Under the pieces are notes generated by a model. The model saw only the letters and a list, made by a program, of their open reading frames with translations, was not told where the DNA came from and searched no databases. This document shows, in pieces, positions 10,211 to 18,026 of a stretch of DNA of 64,000 bases (position 1 is the stretch's first letter; every line of letters begins with the position of its first letter). A program made the position numbers and the translations under genes. The DNA lies in NCBI GenBank assembly GCA_049840815.1, contig JASGJI010000019.1:128613-192612 (forward strand), read 5' to 3'. The DNA is from Thermomicrobiales bacterium (GTDB taxonomy: Bacteria > Chloroflexota > Chloroflexia > Thermomicrobiales > UBA6265).

Positions 10211-11443
10211 ATGACATCCGCAACCGCAACCCTTGTCGCCGAGGTCGATGAGCTCCTGCCAGGCGTCGTCGCCGACCGCCGCTGGCTGCACGAACACCCG
10301 GAACTCGGCTTCCACGAGACGGAGACCGCCGCCTTCGTCCTCCAGCGGCTCGAATCGCTCGGCGTCGAGGACATTCGCACGGGCGTCGGCGGCACCGGCG
10401 TCACGGCGTTGGTGCGGGGCATAAAGACTTCGGCCAACCCCGGCAAGGTCCTGATGCTGCGCGCGGACATGGACGCCCTCCCCATCCTGGAGGAGAACGC
10501 GGTCGAGTACGTATCGCAGAACCCCGGCGTCATGCACGCCTGTGGTCACGACGCCCACACCGCCATGCTGCTCGCCACCGCGCGCCTCCTGATGGAGCGG
10601 CGCAGCGAGTTCAGCGGGGCGGTGAAGCTCCTGTTCCAGCCGGCGGAGGAAGCGCATCCGGGCGGCGCGATCGGCATGATCCGCGATGGCGCGCTGGAGA
10701 ATCCGCACGTCGATGCCTCGCTGGGCCTGCACGTCATGTCCGACGTGCCGACCGGCAAGATCGGCGTGCAGGAGAGCTTTGGCACGAGCAATTCGGACCG
10801 CTTCACGATCTTCGTGAAAGGCAAGGGCGGCCACGCTTCCGCGCCCCACAATACGGTCGATCCGGTCATCATCGGGTCGCATATCATCGTGGCGCTGCAG
10901 AACCTGGTCTCCCGCGAGACCGACCCGATGGAGCCGGCCGTCCTCTCCGTGACGGCGAACCTGGCCGGGGAGGCGTTCAACGTGATCCCGGACAGCGCCG
11001 AGATCCGGGGCACGGTCCGCACCTACAGCGGCGAGGTGCAGGATCACCTCGAACGCCGCATGGCCGAGGTCGTGGAGGGTATTGCGAAGGCGCTCGGTGG
11101 GTCGGCGACACTCGACTACCGGCGCGGGTATCCCTGCCTGCCGAACGATGCGGGGATGGCCGCCATCGTCCGCGCCGCCGCGATCGAGGTGGTAGGCGAG
11201 GACGATGTCTTCGAGCCGCCGATGGGCATGGGCGGGGAGGACTACGCCTACTTCGCACAGGCAGTCCCGGCCTGCTTCTTCTGGGTTGGCGTGCGCAACG
11301 ACGAGAAGGGGTTGAACTGGCCGCACCATCATCCGCGCTTCGACATCGACGAGGACGGCATGGCGGCCGGCATCGCGACGATGGTCGCCGCGTCGATCCG
11401 CTACCTGAACGGGGAGGGGAGAGGCGAGAGAAGTGAGAAGTGA
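10211..11443 (+). CDS. M20D family amidohydrolase, paralog 5
   Basis: Full motif set; C-terminal tail encoded by the repeat arm. Confidence 0.93.
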   Translation: MTSATATLVAEVDELLPGVVADRRWLHEHPELGFHETETAAFVLQRLESLGVEDIRTGVGGTGVTALVRGIKTSANPGKVLMLRADMDALPILEENAVEYVSQNPGVMHACGHDAHTAMLLATARLLMERRSEFSGAVKLLFQPAEEAHPGGAIGMIRDGALENPHVDASLGLHVMSDVPTGKIGVQESFGTSNSDRFTIFVKGKGGHASAPHNTVDPVIIGSHIIVALQNLVSRETDPMEPAVLSVTANLAGEAFNVIPDSAEIRGTVRTYSGEVQDHLERRMAEVVEGIAKALGGSATLDYRRGYPCLPNDAGMAAIVRAAAIEVVGEDDVFEPPMGMGGEDYAYFAQAVPACFFWVGVRNDEKGLNWPHHHPRFDIDEDGMAAGIATMVAASIRYLNGEGRGERSEK

Positions 11444-11623
11444 GGAAACGAGGATTGGGGTGCAGCGAAGTCCACGGTCTCTGTCCGTAGATGCGGCCCT
11501 TGTGGCCGCCCTGCGAACGGCGGCCACAAGGGCCGCATCTACGAAGGAGGGATGGCAACACCATCGGACGTCGCGTCCCGCTGCCATCGTCCTCACTCCT
11601 CACTTCTCTCACCTCTCCCCTCC
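11413..11623. repeat. Inverted-repeat element (34-bp arms) enclosing an inverted GTAG REP doublet
   Basis: Arms 11413-11446 / 11590-11623 with 2 mismatches; perfect 25-bp stem 11486-11510 / 11519-11543. Confidence 0.8.
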
Positions 11624-11750
11624 GGAAGCTGGACAAGTCACCGCGATGGCGCGATAACGCTTCCAGAACGATGCGCGACCGGTGGTGTGGTCGTGCGGTC
11701 GGGCCACGCCGGACGCTGCACCAGCCGGCACACGACGAAAGATGGATCTG

Positions 11751-12962
11751 ATGGTCGCTTCACCCCCCACATCGAAACTCCACGCGGATGTCGATGAGAT
11801 CATGCCCGGTGTCATCGCCGACCGGCGTTGGCTTCACGAACATCCCGAACTCTCCTTCCACGAGGTCGAGACCGCGAAGTTCGTCGCGGATCGCCTCGCC
11901 CAACTCGGGATCGAGGACATCAAGACCGGCGTCGGAGGCACCGGCGTCACGGGCCTCATCCACGGCACGAAGCCGTCCGACGCACCCGGCAAGGTCCTGA
12001 TGGTGCGGGCCGACATGGACGCGCTCGCCATCCTGGAAGAGACGAACACCGCGTATGCATCGAAGAATCCCGGCGTGATGCACGCCTGCGGTCACGATGC
12101 CCACACGGCGAACCTGCTTGGTGTGGCGCGGCTGCTGCTCGACCGCCGCGATCAGTTCAGCGGCACCGTCAAGCTCCTGTTTCAGCCCGCCGAGGAAGTC
12201 CACCCGGGTGGCGCCAGGGGCATGATCGCCGACGGCGCGCTGGAGAACCCGCATGTGGACGCCGCGCTCGGCCTGCACGTGCAGTCGAACACGCAGGCGG
12301 GCCTGATCGGCATCCGGACGGGTCTCGGGTCCGCGAATTCCGATCGCTTCACGATCACCATCCAGGGCAAGGGCGGCCATGCCTCCCGCCCGGACATGGC
12401 GGTCGATCCGGTGGTGATCGGCTCGCACATCGTGGTCGCCTTCCAGAACCTCGTCTCCCGCGAGACCGATCCCCTCCAGCCCGCCGTGCTCTCCACCACG
12501 GTGCTGCAGGCGGGCGAGGCGTTCAACGTCATCCCCGACACGGCGGAACTGCGCGGCACGGTTCGCACATTCGATCAGGACACCCGCGAGCACATCGCCG
12601 CGCGCATCCCGGAGGTGGCGGCAGGCATCGCGGCGGCGCTGGGTGGCTCGGCGGACGCGACGTTCATGCGCGGCTATCCGAGCATCCAGAACGATCCGGC
12701 GATGGTCGAGATCGTCCGCGAGGCGGCCATCGAGGCGGTGGGGGAGGAGAACGTCTTCGAGCCACCGGTCGGCACGGGAGGCGAGGACTTCTCGTACTTC
12801 TCGCTGGAGGTTCCCAGCTGCTTCTTCTACGTGGGCGTCCGCAACGAGGAGCGCGGCATCGTCTGGGGCCATCATCATCCGAAGTTCGACGTCGAGGAAG
12901 AGGGCCTCGCCGCCGGGCTGGCGACGATGACCGGAGCAATCATCAAGTACCTGAATGCGTAA
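11751..12962 (+). CDS. M20D family amidohydrolase, paralog 6
   Basis: Full motif set; start chosen by analogy with paralogs. Confidence 0.92.
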   Translation: MVASPPTSKLHADVDEIMPGVIADRRWLHEHPELSFHEVETAKFVADRLAQLGIEDIKTGVGGTGVTGLIHGTKPSDAPGKVLMVRADMDALAILEETNTAYASKNPGVMHACGHDAHTANLLGVARLLLDRRDQFSGTVKLLFQPAEEVHPGGARGMIADGALENPHVDAALGLHVQSNTQAGLIGIRTGLGSANSDRFTITIQGKGGHASRPDMAVDPVVIGSHIVVAFQNLVSRETDPLQPAVLSTTVLQAGEAFNVIPDTAELRGTVRTFDQDTREHIAARIPEVAAGIAAALGGSADATFMRGYPSIQNDPAMVEIVREAAIEAVGEENVFEPPVGTGGEDFSYFSLEVPSCFFYVGVRNEERGIVWGHHHPKFDVEEEGLAAGLATMTGAIIKYLNA

Positions 12963-13000
12963 GTACGGAATCTCGTAATCAGATCAAGGAGTATCACACA

Positions 13001-14215
13001 ATGGTTGCAGGCGTTGTCGAGAAGATCCGGTCGGACGTCGATGAGATCATGCCAGGGGTCGTGGCCGACCGCCGCTGGTTGCACGAGCATCCGGAGCTTG
13101 CCTTCGAGGAGGTCGAGACGGCGAAGTTCGTGGTGGAGCGCCTCCAGCAGCTCGGGGTGGACGACATCCAGACAGGCGCCGGGGGCAGCACCGGCGTCAC
13201 TGGACTGATTCACGGATCGAAGCCAGCATCGGGCAAGACCAAGGTCGTCGCCCTCCGTGCCGACATGGACGCGCTGCCGATCCTGGAGGAGAACGCCGTC
13301 GAGTACGTCTCCCAGAACCCGGGCACGATGCACGCATGCGGACACGATGCGCACACCGCCATGCTGATGGCGGTCGCCCGCGTGTTGCTGGATCGCCGCG
13401 ACGAGTTCAGCGGCACCGTGAAGCTGCTCTTCCAGCCGGCGGAGGAACTGCCACCGGGAGGCGCCATCGGGATGGTGCAGGCGGGCGTGCTCGACTCACC
13501 GCACGTCGATGCCGTCTTCGGGGCGCACGTTTCGTCGCAACTGGCAGCCGGCAAGATCGGATTGCGTCCGGCTGGGCCGGGCTGCGCGGCGGCGGACCGC
13601 TTCCGGATCGTGATCCAGGGCAAGGGCGGCCATGCCGCGCGTCCGCAGGCAGCAGTCGATCCGGTGGTGATCGGCTCGCAGATCGTGCTGGCGTTGCAGA
13701 CGCTGGTCTCCCGTGAGACCGATCCGATGGATGCCGCAGTCGTCAGCACCACGGCCTTCCTGGCCGGTGAGGCCTTCAATGTCATTCCGGATACGGCGGA
13801 GTTGCGCGGAACGGTGCGCACGCTGACCGAGGAGACACGCCAGAACATCGCCAGGCGGCTGCCGGAGATTGCCAAGGGGATCGGCGAAGCAGCCCGCGCG
13901 GAGATCAGCGTCGATTGGTACTGGGGCTACCCGAGCATCCAGAACGACGGCGACATGGTCGCCATCGCCCGCGCGGCGGCGGAGGAAGTCGTCGGTGCGG
14001 AGAACGTCGTCGATTCCCCACTCGGCATGGGCGGCGAGGACTTCGCATACTTCTCGCTGGAGCGCCCAAGCTGCTTCTACAACGTCGGCACGCGCAACGA
14101 GGAGCGCGGCATTACCTGGGGCCACCACCACCCTCGCTTCGACATCGAGGAAGAGGGAATGAGCGCCGGCATCGCGACGATGGCGAACATCGCCATCAGC
14201 TACCTGGCCTCGTAA
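13001..14215 (+). CDS. M20D family amidohydrolase, paralog 7
   Basis: Full motif set, AAGGAG RBS. Confidence 0.93.
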   Translation: MVAGVVEKIRSDVDEIMPGVVADRRWLHEHPELAFEEVETAKFVVERLQQLGVDDIQTGAGGSTGVTGLIHGSKPASGKTKVVALRADMDALPILEENAVEYVSQNPGTMHACGHDAHTAMLMAVARVLLDRRDEFSGTVKLLFQPAEELPPGGAIGMVQAGVLDSPHVDAVFGAHVSSQLAAGKIGLRPAGPGCAAADRFRIVIQGKGGHAARPQAAVDPVVIGSQIVLALQTLVSRETDPMDAAVVSTTAFLAGEAFNVIPDTAELRGTVRTLTEETRQNIARRLPEIAKGIGEAARAEISVDWYWGYPSIQNDGDMVAIARAAAEEVVGAENVVDSPLGMGGEDFAYFSLERPSCFYNVGTRNEERGITWGHHHPRFDIEEEGMSAGIATMANIAISYLAS

Positions 14216-14245
14216 GCCGCCACTGCATCCGGCAGGCGTGCGCCG

Positions 14246-14282
14246 ATCGGGACGGGATCACCCTTGATCCCGTCCCGATTTC
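14246..14282 (+). terminator. Terminator of the amidohydrolase array
   Basis: 15-bp perfect stem ATCGGGACGGGATCA/TGATCCCGTCCCGAT followed by a short T-run. Confidence 0.7.
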
Positions 14283-14373
14283 GTGTGACCTTGAAGGGGA
14301 CATTGGCGCGACCGCTGCGACGTCAGAGCCGACGATCCCGGTCCGCGTCCCCAGTTCCAAGGAGTCCGTTTTC

Positions 14374-15114
14374 ATGTCCGAACCACGCAACACCACGCCG
14401 CACGGCGTTCCCGCCGGTGCGCCCGCTCCGGAAGCCCCGAAGTCTGCCTTCACGTCGTTCTGGCTCTACAAGCGCAAGCCGGGTTGGACGGCGATCAATG
14501 GCGACGAGCATTGGCCCGCCGCCGCCGCCCAGTTCCAGTCACTGATGAACGAGCTGCCGGATGGCATCGAGCTACGCGGCACCTATTCCTCGCTCGGCCT
14601 CACGCCGGATGTCGAGTTCATCGTCTGGGCCGTCGCGCCGACGCTCGACCTGCTGCAGGGCCTTGCGATCGCAATCGACCGCACGGCAATCGGTCAGCAC
14701 CTCGAACTGAAGCGCGTCTATCACGGTTCGGCGGGCGTCTCCCAGTACGACCCGACGCACGGTCCAGCCTTCCTGCTCGGCAAGCCGGCCAAGCGCTACC
14801 TGAGCGTCTACCCGTTCACGAAGACGCCGGACTGGTTCCTGCTGCCATACCAGGAGCGTCGCCGCCTGATGATCGAGCATGGCGAACTCGGCCGCGAATA
14901 CCCGTCGATCAACACGAACACGGTCAATTCCTTCGGTATCGCCGACCAGGAGTTCATCGTCGCACTGGAGGACGACAATCCGAAGCTGCTGATCGACATG
15001 GTACAGAAGCTGCGTGGCGCCGAGGTCCGCAAGTGGACGGCGGTGGACACCCCCATCTACCTGGGCGACCGCAAGCCGATCGGCGATGTGCTGTCCGACC
15101 TGCGCGGCCGGTAG
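14374..15114 (+). CDS. chdC: Chlorite dismutase family protein, probably coproheme decarboxylase
   Basis: VYPFTKTPDWFLL, proximal EHG, SFGIADQEFIVA, TPIYLG motifs; no Cld-type distal Arg seen. Confidence 0.75.
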   Translation: MSEPRNTTPHGVPAGAPAPEAPKSAFTSFWLYKRKPGWTAINGDEHWPAAAAQFQSLMNELPDGIELRGTYSSLGLTPDVEFIVWAVAPTLDLLQGLAIAIDRTAIGQHLELKRVYHGSAGVSQYDPTHGPAFLLGKPAKRYLSVYPFTKTPDWFLLPYQERRRLMIEHGELGREYPSINTNTVNSFGIADQEFIVALEDDNPKLLIDMVQKLRGAEVRKWTAVDTPIYLGDRKPIGDVLSDLRGR

Positions 15115-15138
15115 GTAATACCGGAAATACGGAGATAC

Positions 15139-15174
15139 GGAACGGCGGATGACCCATCGGTCATCCGCCGTTCC
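15139..15174. terminator. Bidirectional stem-loop
   Basis: 16-bp perfect stem between convergent genes. Confidence 0.65.
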
Positions 15175-15193
15175 GCGTTCATAGGAGCCTCGA

Positions 15194-16246
15194 TCAGTCC
15201 GCCACGGCGGCTTCCGCACCCGCGACTGGATGGCCATAGGTGCCCGGCTCGTTCTCCTTGCCAACCGCCTCCATCAGGCCACGCAGGTACCCGATCGCAT
15301 AGAGCCGCCCCATCACCTCGTAGCCGGGATTGTCGTTGCGCTCACCGGCCAGCGTCGGGACGTGATCGACCCGCATCACGCCGTCGAAGCGAACGTCGTT
15401 GTAGGCACGGATCGTCTCGTGCATGTCCGTCTGCCCCTCGTCGTGGAAGGTTTCGACGAAGGTGTCGCGGTCGCCCCGCACATCGCGGAAGTGAACGAAA
15501 TGGATCTTGCCCTGACGCCCGAAGTGACGGATCGTCTCCGGCACATCGCATCCCATCGCCGAGAAATTGCCCTGGCAGAAGGTGAGGCCGTTATTCGGGC
15601 TGGGAGCCATATCGATCACCCGCTGGAAGTTCTCCGGGCTGGTGAGGATACGTCCGATCCCGCGCACCGGCGAGCGCGGGGGATCGTCCGGATGCACCGC
15701 GAGCTTCACGCCCGCCTTCTCCGCGACCGGCACGACCTTCTTCAGGAAGTAGTCCATCCGCTCCCAGAGCTGCTCCTCCGTCACCTCGCCCCATTCCGTC
15801 AGCGGGGCGTTGTCGATCAGCGCCTGATCGTACCCGGTGACCATCGCGCCGCCGCGCCCCGGCACGTCCATCGTCGTGCGCAGCCAGCCGATACCCGCCA
15901 TCCAGTTGTGGCAGATCACCGGAATGTCCAGCCGCCCCATGTTCTCGATCAGCTGGCAGAAATGCGCGATGTGCTCGTCGCGATCGCCGAGACCGAGTTT
16001 GATCGGCTCCTGGATCGCGGCAGGACCGGACTCGATCACCTGCACGTTCAGGCCCTCGGCCAGGAAGGATTCCTTCACGCTCCGCAAGAGCTCGAAATCC
16101 CAGGGCGGGGGCAGGTCCGGCCCTTCCGGCACGCCGGTGACGACGTCCTGCACATCGAGCTGCTTGCAGAGATCCCACATCAGCGACTTCTGCGGACGCA
16201 GGACTTCGGCAATGCGGAACGGAACATTGGGGGTGGTATTGGCCAT
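15194..16246 (-). CDS. uxuA: Mannonate dehydratase
   Basis: ICHNWM, LAVHPDDPP, GLTFCQG, IHFVHFRDV, RVDHVP motifs. Confidence 0.9.
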   Translation of the reverse strand: MANTTPNVPFRIAEVLRPQKSLMWDLCKQLDVQDVVTGVPEGPDLPPPWDFELLRSVKESFLAEGLNVQVIESGPAAIQEPIKLGLGDRDEHIAHFCQLIENMGRLDIPVICHNWMAGIGWLRTTMDVPGRGGAMVTGYDQALIDNAPLTEWGEVTEEQLWERMDYFLKKVVPVAEKAGVKLAVHPDDPPRSPVRGIGRILTSPENFQRVIDMAPSPNNGLTFCQGNFSAMGCDVPETIRHFGRQGKIHFVHFRDVRGDRDTFVETFHDEGQTDMHETIRAYNDVRFDGVMRVDHVPTLAGERNDNPGYEVMGRLYAIGYLRGLMEAVGKENEPGTYGHPVAGAEAAVAD

Positions 16247-16739
16247 CGGAGAGAGTTCCTCCATCGCGCATAGATCGTCGGTCAACGGCGGCTCGTACCG
16301 CGCCCGGATATGGCACGGGCTGAGCGAATGACGACATGACTTCGTGCGCAGATTGTCCTGCGGGATGGCAGGCTTGGCAACTCTCCCGCGCATCGGCTAG
16401 GGTGTGCATGTCACTTGGCCATCACCATGAGGAATCATCATGATCGCATTCGTATCCCATCCCCCGCGTCGGCCCTCACCCTCTGCCGACCGCCTCGCCG
16501 TCGGGGAGCGCTGAGCCCGGCCGGACCCGATCCGGCCCGCTTCACTGACGGCGAAAGACCATCTGGATACCTCCTGCCCCGGATGCCGAACGTCGGCATT
16601 TGTGAGGGCGAATTCTGGTGTCCACATCGCTCCCCATGCAACTCCTGGCGCGCGTCATCGATCGATGGCGTCCTGATGTGTCGTGTCGTCGCTGGCCGGA
16701 TCGTGGTCCGAGTCGGGCGGCGAGGGGAGTCCGTGGTCC

Positions 16740-17969
16740 ATGCGACCGATCCTGACCAATCGTTCCTTCGTGTTTCTGTGGTTCGCCGGCCTGGCCGAGC
16801 AACTCACCTGGTGGATGCTGCATACGGCCATCCTGTTGCTCGTCTTCGAGCGGACGGGGTCGGCGTTCGGGACCGGGCTGATCCCGGTCTTCTCCTCGCT
16901 CCCCGCCATCCTGTTCGGCGCGGTGGCCGGGCGGATCGTGGACGGGTTCGACCGGCGGCAGGTAATGCGCTGGGGATCGGTGGCGATGCTCGCGTTACTG
17001 GTGGTCGCCCTCCCGTTCGCGCATGCGACCCCGGCGATCGGGTTATACGCCTTCATCGTGCTGCAATCGGCGGTGATGACCGTGATGTCGCCCGCCGAGA
17101 ACGCGTTGTTGCCCACCCTCGTCGACGTCGAGCACCTGAAGACGGCCAACGCGCTGAACGTGCTGAACGATGGTTTCGGGCGCATCCTTGGCCCGGCGGT
17201 CGGCGCGTGGCTGCTGGTGCGCTCGGGACCGACCTCGCTGGTGGCGATCTCCCTGGTCCTGACGGCCGTCGGCTGGGGATTGCTGACAGCGATGCCCCCG
17301 CTGGCGCCGCGTGCGGACCGCGAGCGGGTCGATCTTCGGGCGACCGGGCCGACAGGGATCGTCGCCTCGCTGCGCGATCAGGGGCAGCTCGCCCGGCGCA
17401 TCCTGATCGCGGGCGGACCGCTCGCGACGATCATCATCACGTTCCTGCTCTACATGGTCGGGGACGTGCCCTTCACGGCGGTGATCCCGGCATTCTTCAC
17501 CGATTCGCTCCACACGACGACGGAAGAATTCGGATTCATGCTCTCGCTGCGTGGCGTGGTCGGCATTCTGGGCGGGGTGCTGATCGCGGCGATCGCACGA
17601 TCGCCGCGCGTGTCGTCACGCGGGCTGCTGATGGCCGGGCTGGCGGGGTATGGCTTCGCCATGGCGATCCAGGGCGTCATCAACGACTTCCAGATCGGGT
17701 TGTGGTTCCTGATCGTGGTCGGACCCGCTGCCGCCGCGATCCAGACGGGCATGAACACGATGCTGCAGGAGGCATCGCCGGACGACGAGCGGGGACGCGT
17801 CTTTGCCCTTGTCGGCACGCTCGCCGGCCTCGTGACCATCACCATGAGCTTCAGCGCCGGAGCCATTGCCGATGTCGTGGGAACGCGCCCGGTCGTGATT
17901 GCGGCAGGAATGCTCCAGATCCTGCCGGTGCTCGTCCTGATGCGATCGCGGACGCCTACGATGACATGA
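16740..17969 (+). CDS. MFS transporter (H+ antiporter/macrolide efflux-like)
   Basis: AGRIVDGFDRRQVM motif A, about 12 TM segments. Confidence 0.85.
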   Translation: MRPILTNRSFVFLWFAGLAEQLTWWMLHTAILLLVFERTGSAFGTGLIPVFSSLPAILFGAVAGRIVDGFDRRQVMRWGSVAMLALLVVALPFAHATPAIGLYAFIVLQSAVMTVMSPAENALLPTLVDVEHLKTANALNVLNDGFGRILGPAVGAWLLVRSGPTSLVAISLVLTAVGWGLLTAMPPLAPRADRERVDLRATGPTGIVASLRDQGQLARRILIAGGPLATIIITFLLYMVGDVPFTAVIPAFFTDSLHTTTEEFGFMLSLRGVVGILGGVLIAAIARSPRVSSRGLLMAGLAGYGFAMAIQGVINDFQIGLWFLIVVGPAAAAIQTGMNTMLQEASPDDERGRVFALVGTLAGLVTITMSFSAGAIADVVGTRPVVIAAGMLQILPVLVLMRSRTPTMT

Positions 17970-17974
17970 AGAAA

Positions 17975-18009
17975 CCGCGCCCGTCTGCCTTCACGGCAGA
18001 CGGGCGCGG
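17975..18009. terminator. Bidirectional stem-loop
   Basis: 15-bp perfect stem between convergent genes. Confidence 0.65.
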
Positions 18010-18026
18010 GGAACCGGTCGCGGGGG

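Noticed and set aside
8680-11623. Possible CRISPR array among the spacer repeats
   Set aside because: The repeats are inverted, separated by whole genes, have no regular spacers, and there are no cas genes.
11828-14215. 795-aa ORF spanning paralogs 6 and 7
   Set aside because: The N-terminal half is an alternative frame of paralog 6; the true start is 13001 with an RBS.
14374-15114. Chlorite dismutase activity
   Set aside because: No distal Arg seen; the residues fit ChdC better.
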